A DNA stretch of 64,000 bases from Leptospiraceae bacterium (GCA_040217195.1 JAVJNR010000004.1:928001-992000), one strand, 5' to 3'. Counted from the first letter of the stretch, positions 19,192 to 29,738 are shown. Numbers and translations: made by a program. The notes: generated by a model not told the origin, from the letters alone.

Positions 19192-22100
19192 CTGACCTTC
19201 CTGCTAAAGATATAGTTCAACGAATCGAATACAGTATTACCTTCTTCGGTAACATTCCAGTGGTCCTCAAACCAGTAGCCACCTACTCCAGTCTTTCTAC
19301 CTTGAGCCTTTATATCAGCTATTGCTCTGGAAAGTGTACCTGCGGAGTACAGAATATTGTTCGGATCAACGCCTGTGGACTGTATGGTCGGCGAGGCCAG
19401 GAATTCCTCTAACTCAATCAGTATTTCATCAATACCATAGCTACTGCGCATGCGTAGAAGGAAGTAGTCACCAAACGTATCCGGAGCCGCAATGCCTGCC
19501 ATAACACCAACCAGTCCCCGGGCATGGGGAGCTGCCGACCTCAAAAGATTGGGTACATCGCTAGAAAGAACATCTGAAATCAAGTAGCTCTGTGTCACTC
19601 CGTCGGATTCAGTTAACATTACACCAACCAGGTCCAACAAAGAGGAAACCTCTGCCTGAGTCGGTTGAGATTCAATTAGCACCTCCAGCAATCCATCCAC
19701 ATTAGGAATTATGCTGTAGGCGGATTCATTCGAAAGTATATCAAACAGAAATGAAACTGCATCGCTAACACCGTCCCATTCCGCGGATTCCAGATCCGAA
19801 GGTCGATTGTCCGGATAATCGGCCACTTCATCTCGCAGATCTGTAATCACAGTCTCGATATTAAACTGAGCCGGAGTAGGTGCCTCGGAATCCACCTTAA
19901 CTTCGTCCAGGATTTGCAGAAATCCGTTGAGTAACTTGTCCCGTCCGGCCGCTCTTTCGCTTCCTCCAAATTCAGAAAGCATCCCGGTTACATCGGAAAG
20001 AAGATTGGTCTTGCTCATCAGGTTCAATAAACCATCCTGATATCGTCGTTGATCCTCAACCAGAAGACTGACAATGCTGCGAAGATCCGAATCCGGGTAA
20101 TAGTCCGAAGGATCCATAGAAGGGCTACGCACCCCGAAGCTGACCCCGCTTCCATAGATTTGCAGATTATAGACATTGGAGACCCCGGAAACGGGATCGT
20201 TACCCCGACTGAGGTAGGGGCGAACCAGTACCCGGGCCAGATTTGTAAGCAACTTGTACGCGTTCTTATTGGTACCTGAATCGGTCTGGTCATCCAGGGC
20301 TGCAGCCAGTGCTACGATAAGCGGGAGTAGTCGATTTCTGTCAGACCAATATGTTTCAGTCTGAGAGGAAGAAACACTGATTGCGTTTAAGAATCCCATT
20401 CGCTCAAGAGCTGGAGCATTCTTACTAAGCGCTGGCGGTATTAGGCCGGAAAACAATGTGGGTGGCTGAGGGTATAGAATGGAATCGTAAAGCGCACCGT
20501 AGAGCACCTCGTCAGCAAATGCGAAGTTTTGCTGACCGTCCAGTCCGTAGCCCCAGGCCTCCACATACACCACGGAATCGCCTGGAGTATTTGAAAGCAC
20601 TAGATTAGTATCCGCTATCTGCTTAACGTCCGGCTTTATAAAGAAGCCGGATTTTAGCCAGCGGCCATTGTCATCGCGATCGCAGGTATTCAGGCCATAG
20701 TCACAGTACGGTTTTGCATTCATCAGGCCCATTAAACCATTTGCGATGATAGTAATGTAGGTTGCATGCTGGATCTGGCTGGCCCCCAGCCTGGCATGCA
20801 CAGGAATCACCAGAACGAATCTTTTTTCATAGAGAAGCCATTGGAAGTTCTTATAGAACGCTTCTTCCCGGCTGTCCACTTCCCGGCCTGAAATTGCAAT
20901 TTCATTTATTGTATAGGAGGTACCATTTCCTCCTGGATCTTCCACCCCACCAAGTCCAATCTGGTGGGTTCCGGAGCTGGAGCCCAATCGGTCCACGGTG
21001 ATACGATACTCATCTGTATTCCAGGAAGAAAGATAGTTCCCACCGGGACCCATATCGCTGGAATAGTAAGGTCCGTAACCTTCGTATATGACTCGTTTCA
21101 CCCAGTTCAGAACCAGTGGCAGGGTTTGAGAATAGATTGGATCTGCACCGGATTGATTATTTACGTTATTCATTTCCCCTCGACTCTGGCCCTGGAGAAA
21201 CATCAATGCCGGCGCGTTGATATCGAAAAGATAGACAGATCCATTCTTGTAAACCTTACTGTCTGCGCGACTGTCATACAGGAAACGGATTAGACTGAGA
21301 GTATCATCACCGCGAATCTTGGACTGTAGTGCGAATACACTATCGCCCAGAGTAATGACTCCACCTTCCCCGGAATTACTTTGTCCGGTAATGGTAGGTG
21401 TGCTGGACGAAAATGGAGGTGTATTGGCCCATTGATATCCGTAAGTGTCGCCCAGAACAAGCATGAAAAGTAAGCTTTCCAGCGCAGATACACTGTAGCT
21501 GGAGCCATCGCTGTCTCTGTCCAGACCATTCAGATCCAGTTCCATCATCTTACCCAGGGACTCATCCACTCCATCTATGTCGTTGGCGAATCCCAGCTCA
21601 TTCAATCGAATGGACATGGTCTCAAGGATGGGAGTGCTGGAATCCAAAACATACGATGAAGGAGGCTGCAATAGATCCCGGGCACGCTGATAAAGATGAA
21701 CCAGGATATTCTTTAATTCTGCATTCTTGCCAGCACCAAGTGTTGTTTGCGAATAGGCCCACTGGGAATCAAATACATTGGAGCTTTCCATCCCGGTGGC
21801 AGCGGTGTTGTATTCTTCCAGATTTACGATCAGCTGTTTCACCGCATAGTCCGGACTTCTGTAATCCGAAAATCCTGCCCTCTGCCCGAGCATATCGCCC
21901 AGACCTCCGAGCATGGAAACCAGCTTTCGCTTTAAGTAGCGATCACCATTCAATGTCGAATCACCTAGAGCTTCTACGACCTTTTCCAGTCCGTCCCTGG
22001 CGTTAAGATTCTGTATCGTGCTTTTATAGAGAAAGTCTTCTACATCATGTAAAAGGTCAATTGTCTCCGCACTCTCCAAATCGTCGGCCAGTTCATTAAA

Positions 22101-22703
22101 CTCATTTCTTAGTTCGTCATCGCTTTTTTCTCCGTAGAGTTTGTTCAATCCTGCATGACTCAATGGAATGGCTACTGAAAGAAATGGTGCATCCCCCTGG
22201 CGTATTCGCTCCATCAAGGCAAGGGAAGATTCATAGGCCGTGGAATCCTGGGTTCTCAATCGATTAATCAATGTGGAGAATCTAAGGAGCACAGGTCTAA
22301 GAGCGGAATTGGAATTTAGTGCCATCTTCTCCACGGTGCGCAGTCCACCAATGGCAGCGTTGTTATGAAAGGACAGTGAGGCATCCAGCATAACATTAAA
22401 TTCGCCGGGATCAGCCTCAAGAAAGACACTCTTCAGGGCCGGGTAATCGTCCAGCAACGTAAACAGAGTTACGTCAGGACTGGCCAGTCCATCCTGGAAA
22501 AGTGTTCCCTGCCAATCTTTGGAGGTATTCGAACAACTGGCAACAATGCATAGAATTCCCAGGATCAAACTTCGTTGAAACATCGAATAGAATCCGGCGA
22601 TTCCCACCGGCAGGTCGTATCTGAAAGGAGAACTGCCATTTCTTTGATTGCGATGGCCCATCAGGCCCCCCGTTTTATTTCGGTAAGGCTGCATCATGGA
22701 CAA
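19188..22703 (-). CDS. very large hypothetical lipoprotein (about 1130-1170 aa)
   Basis: LILGILCIVASC lipobox suggests a start at 22583; Leu/Asp-rich helical ends; stop overlaps the FadL start. Confidence 0.8.
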   Translation of the reverse strand: MSMMQPYRNKTGGLMGHRNQRNGSSPFRYDLPVGIAGFYSMFQRSLILGILCIVASCSNTSKDWQGTLFQDGLASPDVTLFTLLDDYPALKSVFLEADPGEFNVMLDASLSFHNNAAIGGLRTVEKMALNSNSALRPVLLRFSTLINRLRTQDSTAYESSLALMERIRQGDAPFLSVAIPLSHAGLNKLYGEKSDDELRNEFNELADDLESAETIDLLHDVEDFLYKSTIQNLNARDGLEKVVEALGDSTLNGDRYLKRKLVSMLGGLGDMLGQRAGFSDYRSPDYAVKQLIVNLEEYNTAATGMESSNVFDSQWAYSQTTLGAGKNAELKNILVHLYQRARDLLQPPSSYVLDSSTPILETMSIRLNELGFANDIDGVDESLGKMMELDLNGLDRDSDGSSYSVSALESLLFMLVLGDTYGYQWANTPPFSSSTPTITGQSNSGEGGVITLGDSVFALQSKIRGDDTLSLIRFLYDSRADSKVYKNGSVYLFDINAPALMFLQGQSRGEMNNVNNQSGADPIYSQTLPLVLNWVKRVIYEGYGPYYSSDMGPGGNYLSSWNTDEYRITVDRLGSSSGTHQIGLGGVEDPGGNGTSYTINEIAISGREVDSREEAFYKNFQWLLYEKRFVLVIPVHARLGASQIQHATYITIIANGLMGLMNAKPYCDYGLNTCDRDDNGRWLKSGFFIKPDVKQIADTNLVLSNTPGDSVVYVEAWGYGLDGQQNFAFADEVLYGALYDSILYPQPPTLFSGLIPPALSKNAPALERMGFLNAISVSSSQTETYWSDRNRLLPLIVALAAALDDQTDSGTNKNAYKLLTNLARVLVRPYLSRGNDPVSGVSNVYNLQIYGSGVSFGVRSPSMDPSDYYPDSDLRSIVSLLVEDQRRYQDGLLNLMSKTNLLSDVTGMLSEFGGSERAAGRDKLLNGFLQILDEVKVDSEAPTPAQFNIETVITDLRDEVADYPDNRPSDLESAEWDGVSDAVSFLFDILSNESAYSIIPNVDGLLEVLIESQPTQAEVSSLLDLVGVMLTESDGVTQSYLISDVLSSDVPNLLRSAAPHARGLVGVMAGIAAPDTFGDYFLLRMRSSYGIDEILIELEEFLASPTIQSTGVDPNNILYSAGTLSRAIADIKAQGRKTGVGGYWFEDHWNVTEEGNTVFDSLNYIFSRKVR

Positions 22704-25660
22704 CCAATCACATCGCCCTTATCTGATGTCATAGCTTCCAGCCGTGCAAACAGATAGGGATTAGTCTCATTGGATGGAATGGGAAGTGTTTCCACCCGAA
22801 TTACATTTCGATCAAGATTGAGCCAGCATGCTCCGCTTGCAGTTCGCAGTCCGTTGGCCAGAGACGTGGAAAGAGGGATCTGTTTTGCCAGGGGCACTTC
22901 GTATAGGATGTTGTTCAGAAGCGGTACAACCAGGCTTTTCACCAGGGGATCCACCACCCGGTAGATCTTTTCAGGATCCAGTCCATAGGGATTGTTGGCC
23001 GGGCCTTCCAGAACTTCTACAATGTAGTACATGTTATTGGGATCTATTTGGATCTGTAAGGCCGTTGTATTGGCAAACGTCGGGTTTCCGGTAGGATTGG
23101 AAAAGGCCAGCAAATCTGCAGATCCACTGGCAGTAAGGCTTGTGCGAAGCCTGGTAATAGTGTAAGTGGTGCCGTTGCTTTTCTTTCCTTTGATAATGAG
23201 CTCCATATCACCAAAATCCAGAGTCAGTCCGGGCTTCTCCGTACCGGGCCCTCCTGAAAGTGGAGCAAATCGCACTACAGGAGCCAGCACTGGATTGACC
23301 TGGATTATTACATCATCATCCGAATCTATAATGAAAGGATTGTTACTACCATCCAATCCGGTGATCGTATCTTTTCCGGGTGCCAGAACAGTAACCAGAG
23401 TTCCTACCTTTAGTAAATCGTCGGTAAGCTGACGCAGAGGGTCGGTTCCTGCATAGGTATTGATTTGATTGATGAAAGCTGCATCAATGGAAAGACTCAG
23501 CGCGCCTACCTGCCAGAGAGAAAACATAGCCTGGTTCAATGCATCGCTATGCAAAGCCAGAAGCAATCCGGGTTTGGCAGCACTCTGGGAGAAAGGGTAA
23601 CTCCAGGAAGGTGCAGCACTGCGATATACATTAAAGCTATTTGTTCCCAGCATCGCGGAAGGAGCATTTGGATTGGCCGGAGACATGGTTGCGGTTATTC
23701 CTGTACCGGCGTCGGCCACCAGCCCCTTATTGGCCCCGCTAACTCTGGCCTGCAATCCCTGCTCCACCTTCAATTTCATACGTAGCTCTGTATTACTCAA
23801 AGGTGCCGGCAAATGAGATGGCAGAGGGATAGGCAAACCTGGATCCTGTAGATTATCCAGAATGGCATTGATTACATTGGGTGCAATTTGCTCGATTACA
23901 TCCTGCAAAATGGATTGTACAATTTGAGGCTGAATAATTGGAGTAATATTATTTGCAATTCCAGTCGCGATGGATGCGATCAAGTCTCCGATAAATCCCC
24001 AGCTAAAAATACCTGCAGTACTGGCTTTCGCATCCAGATTGATGACAGAAATATCATTGGTCCAGGGTGACATGTGAAAACGTCTGGGGTCTCCGGCTAC
24101 CTCATCCGGATCTGAAAGGCTGAAGAATGGATCATCGGTTTCGAAGGGAGTCTTTATCGAAAATGCCATTTGACCATTGGTATCTGTGGTCGGTATTACT
24201 CTGGCACGGGAAAGCTTGCGATTTCCGGGGCTACCATCGTAATCCATAACGGCCTGCGCTGTGAATACAATCTTATCGTCATCTCCGAGGACAACGGCAA
24301 GAAGACAAAAACCACAAACGTCCGAGAGTTTGGATACCAGTACCAGATCCAGGGCCACCTGGTGGCCATTAATATCGGCTCCCAGTCCTGGATTACCATT
24401 GTCATAGGCAGCCAGGTTGGCATCCACGTTGGGCACACTACTTCCTACCGTCGGATTTACAGTCATAGACTTCACATAAACATCGATGGTAAAGTCCGCA
24501 GAGCCCAGGCCCGTTCCATAGTTATTAATAAAGAATCCGCAGTAACCGTAGCCTTCGGAGTAAGCTCCGGTGCCATTCCCATAACTGCGAATATATTCGA
24601 ATGCATGATAGGAAGAAGGATTTTCGCCGGAGTCTATGTTTGTGGTATCAATACAGTCTGGACGCCTGGTAGTGCTGGTTCGCTCGCTGGCAAAGTCATT
24701 AAACGTTTTATTCGTTACTTTGAAATCGGCCAGAGCGAAGCGCTCAAAGATTCGGGAAAGAACTTCCATCATATGAGCATTATCCAGGATAGCCGCGCCA
24801 ACCTCCGATTGGATGCCACCCGGATTAGCAGAAAAAATGCCGTAGTTAAACGTGAGCTGCTTGTAATATTTCTTACCGTTGGGAAGTTCTAACTCATAAT
24901 AATACGGATTTCCGCCATTGGATGGAGCCAGCGCTCCAGACGATAGAGTCGTTGAAAAGGTGTCCGTAGAACAACCACCGGAGCAGAGAGTAATGCTATT
25001 ACCGTCCAGACTGGAAAGTTTCAGACTTTCTACCTTATCATGATTGGCCAGTACAGAAACCAGAGTTACAGTGGGATGACTTCCCTGACTTAGAGAGACA
25101 CCCTGTCCACCCAGGGGAATTCCATTCACCGCATGTGTCATGGAAAAGGTAGGCTCCGTTTGAATGGTAAACGTTCTTGAATCTACCACCAGAGAATCTC
25201 CCTGCTCGGTAGTGGCTCCGGTACCAAAGAGAATTTGATACCCCTCATCTTCTTCCAGTTCCTTGTAGGGATCAAAAATGACCTTTCGGGGAGACACCCA
25301 TCTGAACGTGCCTCCGGCCCCCGGGCCAGGAATGGGAACTCCCCCGCTGTCTACTACCTGCATGGAGGACTCAACCGAGGAAAGGTCCATACGCTCCGAG
25401 AAACTGAACTCCAGATTCGCGTACCGATTCACAGAAGCGGGATCTGTCATCAGGAAGGCTTCCGGCCCATCGGAACCGAAATCTCCAGGTAGAGTTACCT
25501 GAGGTTCCGGTTCATTGGGCACCACCGGCGTTTGCACATTGTTCGCAGAGGAATCGCTGGCAAAAGGAAGGATGGGTACAGACTCACCGTCTGTGTTTTT
25601 CTTACACCATGTCAGTAATAGGCACGATAAAAGGATGTGCCCCAGTAAATAAAATCGCAT
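22694..25660 (-). CDS. lipoprotein with N-terminal Ig-like (Big_5-type) domain and a possible BPI/LBP(TULIP)-like C-terminal region
   Basis: LLLTWC lipobox; LEFSFSERMDLSSV...FDP..L....YQI Ig-like pattern; LALHSDALNQAMFSLWQVGALSLSI. Confidence 0.75.
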   Translation of the reverse strand: MRFYLLGHILLSCLLLTWCKKNTDGESVPILPFASDSSANNVQTPVVPNEPEPQVTLPGDFGSDGPEAFLMTDPASVNRYANLEFSFSERMDLSSVESSMQVVDSGGVPIPGPGAGGTFRWVSPRKVIFDPYKELEEDEGYQILFGTGATTEQGDSLVVDSRTFTIQTEPTFSMTHAVNGIPLGGQGVSLSQGSHPTVTLVSVLANHDKVESLKLSSLDGNSITLCSGGCSTDTFSTTLSSGALAPSNGGNPYYYELELPNGKKYYKQLTFNYGIFSANPGGIQSEVGAAILDNAHMMEVLSRIFERFALADFKVTNKTFNDFASERTSTTRRPDCIDTTNIDSGENPSSYHAFEYIRSYGNGTGAYSEGYGYCGFFINNYGTGLGSADFTIDVYVKSMTVNPTVGSSVPNVDANLAAYDNGNPGLGADINGHQVALDLVLVSKLSDVCGFCLLAVVLGDDDKIVFTAQAVMDYDGSPGNRKLSRARVIPTTDTNGQMAFSIKTPFETDDPFFSLSDPDEVAGDPRRFHMSPWTNDISVINLDAKASTAGIFSWGFIGDLIASIATGIANNITPIIQPQIVQSILQDVIEQIAPNVINAILDNLQDPGLPIPLPSHLPAPLSNTELRMKLKVEQGLQARVSGANKGLVADAGTGITATMSPANPNAPSAMLGTNSFNVYRSAAPSWSYPFSQSAAKPGLLLALHSDALNQAMFSLWQVGALSLSIDAAFINQINTYAGTDPLRQLTDDLLKVGTLVTVLAPGKDTITGLDGSNNPFIIDSDDDVIIQVNPVLAPVVRFAPLSGGPGTEKPGLTLDFGDMELIIKGKKSNGTTYTITRLRTSLTASGSADLLAFSNPTGNPTFANTTALQIQIDPNNMYYIVEVLEGPANNPYGLDPEKIYRVVDPLVKSLVVPLLNNILYEVPLAKQIPLSTSLANGLRTASGACWLNLDRNVIRVETLPIPSNETNPYLFARLEAMTSDKGDVIGCP

Positions 25661-25763
25661 GAACCTGCTCCGATCGGGGGAGGCTGCGGCTTCTATATTT
25701 ATTGTTCCAAATCCGCAAATTGATTTGGTGCCACAGCTTTATTAAAGAAAAGTCGGCTCCTGA

Positions 25764-25778
25764 ATTGACTTTGTCAAT
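25764..25778. promoter_or_regulatory. inverted repeat ATTGAC-TTT-GTCAAT in a divergent promoter region
   Basis: Perfect 6-3-6 palindrome; could also be overlapping divergent -35 elements. Confidence 0.4.
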
Positions 25779-25836
25779 AAAGTACAACCCTGGACCTTTG
25801 TTCTTCTGGTTCCGATACAATCGAAGCCTACCGCTA

Positions 25837-25850
25837 ACTGGCCGGCCAGT
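25837..25850. promoter_or_regulatory. perfect 14-bp palindrome ACTGGCCGGCCAGT, candidate TetR-type operator
   Basis: Self-complementary, no loop or U-tract, lies between divergent genes. Confidence 0.55.
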
Positions 25851-25949
25851 CAATAATTTTTTATCCGGAGAAGACTGGGCCTGGTCGATTTTTTGTCGCA
25901 GGCTGAATAGGTAAGGGCTCACCTTGGCCCTGGACTGTGCTCAAACTCC

Positions 25950-26978
25950 ATGGATGGACCTAGAATAGAAAGAGAGATCGTTCAGCCAGTGGACCTCTGC
26001 CTGGATAACGGTAAGCTAAACCAGGATGCCGTGGGCTTCAGTCGCAGCCCACTTCAGAATTGCAAGATTCCTGGACATTGGCCTCGAAAGAAGCGCTGGA
26101 ACTACTGGTGCATTTATGATTCCAAATTTTTGATCAGCCTCACTGTTTCCAATCTGGATTATGCCGGTGTTTGCTTCGTTTACTGGTTGGAGAGATCAAG
26201 GGATCGCTTTGAAGAGTACACTGATATTGCACTACTTGGAAATGGTATCCAGCAGGGGGACCTGGTAGAAGACCCGGCCGGATTCAAATCTTCAGGCATG
26301 GAGCTAATCTTCCAGCAGGAGCCGGGTGCCAGCGATTGGCAGCTTCAAGGCCAGGTAAAAAAGAAGGGCAATCCCATTGTTTCCACCGATCTCCGGATAG
26401 AAAATCCAGATTCAATGGATAGCCTGAATGTAGTTGTTCCATGGAACCTGTCTGAGTTTCAATTTACCTCAAAACGAATAGGCCTTCGAGCATCGGGTAC
26501 CATAGAATGCTCGGCCGGGACGCATACCTTTGATCCAGACACCAGTGTAGCTGTTCTGGACTTTGGTCGGGGAGTCTGGCCCTATAGCAGCGTCTGGAAC
26601 TGGGCCTGCGGCACCATGCGAAAAGGGAATCGAAATATATCCTTCAATCTGGGTGCTGGCTGGACCGACGGCACCCCGTCCACGGAAAACGGAGTCCTTG
26701 TGGATGGAGTGCTTCATAAGATCGGCGAAGATGTTCGTTTCGAATTTGATTCCACTAATTTCAGACGTCCCTGGAGAATTTATACTCAAAACAGCGATGC
26801 CATCAATCTGACCTTAACCACTGAGTACGAAAGAGTGGCCAAATCCAATCTTCTCCTGGTTAATTCAGAAGTTCATCAACTCATTGGAAAATTCTCCGGC
26901 ACCGTTCATGTAGGCGGCGAAACAATTCGTATTTCGGGAGCAAGCGGATGGGCCGAGGATCATAAGGCTCGCTGGTAA
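25950..26978 (+). CDS. DUF2804-like protein
   Basis: KKRWNYW, FQFTSK, LDFGRGVWPYSSVWNW, ENG..VDG.LHK, GWAEDHKARW. Confidence 0.8.
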   Translation: MDGPRIEREIVQPVDLCLDNGKLNQDAVGFSRSPLQNCKIPGHWPRKKRWNYWCIYDSKFLISLTVSNLDYAGVCFVYWLERSRDRFEEYTDIALLGNGIQQGDLVEDPAGFKSSGMELIFQQEPGASDWQLQGQVKKKGNPIVSTDLRIENPDSMDSLNVVVPWNLSEFQFTSKRIGLRASGTIECSAGTHTFDPDTSVAVLDFGRGVWPYSSVWNWACGTMRKGNRNISFNLGAGWTDGTPSTENGVLVDGVLHKIGEDVRFEFDSTNFRRPWRIYTQNSDAINLTLTTEYERVAKSNLLLVNSEVHQLIGKFSGTVHVGGETIRISGASGWAEDHKARW

Positions 26979-27006
26979 ATTGGTTGTCCAGAGAAGCCAA
27001 CAGACT

Positions 27007-28074
27007 TCATTTTCCGTAATCCACAAGAAAGACCTGCACTCTTCCATCCAGCATGACTCGAGCCGGACTACGATCCAATTGAGTGAAATACTTTCGCATA
27101 TGAAAATGCAGCATATCCTCTGCTGATTGATCTATCATTTGCAGGGAAGTAGCGATTAATCTAAGTGGTCCAAATTTAACAAATCTACCAGCTGCATATA
27201 GATAATGGATGGCGGAGGGCTCCGGAAGCAGATATGGCAGGGAAGCCGGCAATGGATTTCCTTTCATTTTCAGTGCCAGCCCGGAATGATTCAGCTCCAA
27301 TGAGTCTATATGCGCGAATACGGCTGGCGATGGAAACAAACCGGAAAGTCGAATCAAAATTCTGTTTCCCTGAACAGTAACGCCAGAACCATCAGCAGGT
27401 ACGATCAACGATTCCAGATCCATCCCAACAGTACCCATCAATCCCTGAACAAAAGGCAGGCCCAGGGATGTAATCTTTACGGCCTCTACTTCCAGGATTC
27501 CAGGATCATCTGCCAGTCCAATGCGAGCTTCCATTTCGAAATCAAGAAAGGTTACCAGCTCCAGTTCTCCCCTGATTCGCAACGACGGCCCCCGGGACGA
27601 GTTCACGGAATCGATTACCATGTTGCGAACATGAGAGTCTGGATGACCAAAGACATTCTCATTTAGAATATGTTCGAGCACCGAGTAATTTACCTGCACG
27701 GAGGCTTGCTGCATGTGAATTTCCAGGTTGTCCGGCGCATCAAAATCCACCAGACCGTCGGAAGTCAGTGATTTCAGAAGAACGTTGGCCTTTTCGATAT
27801 CCACATAGATTGAATCTGTCCAGTAGAAGCGAACTCCTCTTAAGAACAAACGTGCGAATCCGGCCGGGGGAAGACTTGCAGTCTGAGATCCGGAATTTGG
27901 TTTTCCAGATTCTGAAGTGGGAGATTTCTTTTCTCGGTTACGCTCCAGGTCCGCCAGTGCTGCATTAATAGCCCTGGAATTCAGGGTTTGCTCAAATAAT
28001 GCAGTGCGAATCCCTAGAAAAACATTCAATCCCAGAGAAAGCAGAAGCAAAACGATGTAGATAGTCCGTGCCAA
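27007..28074 (-). CDS. membrane-anchored hypothetical protein, possibly LmeA/DUF2993-like
   Basis: N-terminal TM; beta-rich core with a strand-helix-long strand pattern. Confidence 0.6.
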   Translation of the reverse strand: MARTIYIVLLLLSLGLNVFLGIRTALFEQTLNSRAINAALADLERNREKKSPTSESGKPNSGSQTASLPPAGFARLFLRGVRFYWTDSIYVDIEKANVLLKSLTSDGLVDFDAPDNLEIHMQQASVQVNYSVLEHILNENVFGHPDSHVRNMVIDSVNSSRGPSLRIRGELELVTFLDFEMEARIGLADDPGILEVEAVKITSLGLPFVQGLMGTVGMDLESLIVPADGSGVTVQGNRILIRLSGLFPSPAVFAHIDSLELNHSGLALKMKGNPLPASLPYLLPEPSAIHYLYAAGRFVKFGPLRLIATSLQMIDQSAEDMLHFHMRKYFTQLDRSPARVMLDGRVQVFLVDYGK

Positions 28075-28090
28075 AGCATGGAGTCCTGAA

Positions 28091-28471
28091 CTAATCCGGA
28101 TTATTTGTGCGAGCCGTTAATTCAGCCACACTGCGAAACCAGCTTTCGAAATCATCGAATTTGCGGTAGGGAGGTTCACCTTTCAGAAGCACGAATACAC
28201 CCGGATCGGAACCATCTGACTTGAATCCGAACTCATCATCGTTCCAGCGGGCAAATACGGAAAATCCAGGATGCTCTGGAATTTCTTTCAGCGGATGGAA
28301 ATAGAAATTTGCAATTTCATAAGTCCCGGCTGTGAGTATCTGGCGAAATCCCGCCGATAGTTTCAGGTCATGATCCTTTTCCCACTGGTCCAGATCCCGG
28401 TCCGTGAAGGTGGGCCTGGGATCGAACCGGCCAGCGGATTTCATTTTCTCGATAATGTCTTCAAATGCCAT
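28091..28471 (-). CDS. SMI1/KNR4 (SUKH)-like protein
   Basis: DLDQWEKDHDLKLSAGFRQIL and FDDFESWF patterns. Confidence 0.65.
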   Translation of the reverse strand: MAFEDIIEKMKSAGRFDPRPTFTDRDLDQWEKDHDLKLSAGFRQILTAGTYEIANFYFHPLKEIPEHPGFSVFARWNDDEFGFKSDGSDPGVFVLLKGEPPYRKFDDFESWFRSVAELTARTNNPD

Positions 28472-28517
28472 GGTTCTTACAATCGGAACGCAAACGAACT
28501 GTCCAGTTAAATTGGTT

Positions 28518-29738
28518 TTACGTAAAAAACACTAGAAATGCCTGAAGAAGCCCTACCATACCTCCCAGAAATGCTCCCAGGCCAATCAGGGTCAGTTCGT
28601 CCTCTTTGAATACTGAATGCAGCAGCTCTTCAAACTCAGCGGGCGGTAAAAAAGAGAGCCTTCGCGCCAGGGTCTGCTTGATATCCAGAGCTTCTGTGAT
28701 ATAGGATTCTACCCGTTCGGCAACATGCGGCACGGCACCCACCAGCATGTTGGCGGTCTGCTCTTTCATTAGCCTCTTTTGTTCGTCGTTTATCATCATA
28801 GGGATGACTGGCGTATCCTTGACTGCCTGCTCCACACCTTCAGCAGCTTTGTCCCGAACTAGTTGAATGAGCAGATCTCCTCCCTTTCCCTCGAAAATCA
28901 TTCGCACAAGATTCTCCGAATGGAATACTCGATTCTGCAATACATCGGCAAACTCATAGGATACTTCGGGCTGCCGCTTCAAAAAGAGGCCCTGGTAGTA
29001 AATAAAGCCAAAGAATTTTCTGGGCTCCAGAGGACGAAAAATCATCTGAAGCGCCAGCCAGTTTGTCACATAGCCAACGATCAGTCCCATAATTGGCATT
29101 ACCCACCACTGATTCAGCCAGTGAATAAAAGCCAGTTGCAAAACGCCTATGCCCAGACCAAACCAGAGGCCAGATTTCACAATAAAATCGAACTCCGGCC
29201 CTCCACATCGTCTGAACATTTCAATCAGGTACGTAGTATTCTTTCCACTCAGGGATGCAGAAACGATGGCTTCGAAATCAAAGGCTTTGTCCAGATCCTT
29301 TCCAAATTCTTGATAGATTTCCTTGATCTGCTGCGGAATTTGCTTTCGCACTTCATTGATGATGTTGCTTTTTACAAAATCCGGAATAACGTTCCATAGT
29401 AGCGGATTCTGTGCTTTAATAAGCTTTTCCACCAGTTCCCTGGACTTGAACTCAACCAATCCTGCAATCAGGTCATTGATTTGCTCTGGATCGATTCTCT
29501 TATATAGTTCTTCTGGTTTGATTAGCCGCTCAGTCAGGATGCGAGTGATCAACCCGCTCATTTTCACAGAATGATGTGGAATAATGCCCTGCCAGCCAAG
29601 TTTCCATATCCCTTTAAACTCCTGAGGAGAGAATATCATCTTAACGGCCAGCCAGTTAGTGAACCAGCCTATGATACCTGTGGTGATAGGAATAGAGATA
29701 TATACGATTAAGTCTTGAATTGGTATACCCGCGATCAC
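28518..29738 (-). CDS. DUF445-family membrane protein
   Basis: Duplicated IGWFTNWLAVKMIF / VGYVTNWLALQMIFRP; GAFLGGMVGLLQ. Confidence 0.85.
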   Translation of the reverse strand: MIAGIPIQDLIVYISIPITTGIIGWFTNWLAVKMIFSPQEFKGIWKLGWQGIIPHHSVKMSGLITRILTERLIKPEELYKRIDPEQINDLIAGLVEFKSRELVEKLIKAQNPLLWNVIPDFVKSNIINEVRKQIPQQIKEIYQEFGKDLDKAFDFEAIVSASLSGKNTTYLIEMFRRCGGPEFDFIVKSGLWFGLGIGVLQLAFIHWLNQWWVMPIMGLIVGYVTNWLALQMIFRPLEPRKFFGFIYYQGLFLKRQPEVSYEFADVLQNRVFHSENLVRMIFEGKGGDLLIQLVRDKAAEGVEQAVKDTPVIPMMINDEQKRLMKEQTANMLVGAVPHVAERVESYITEALDIKQTLARRLSFLPPAEFEELLHSVFKEDELTLIGLGAFLGGMVGLLQAFLVFFT

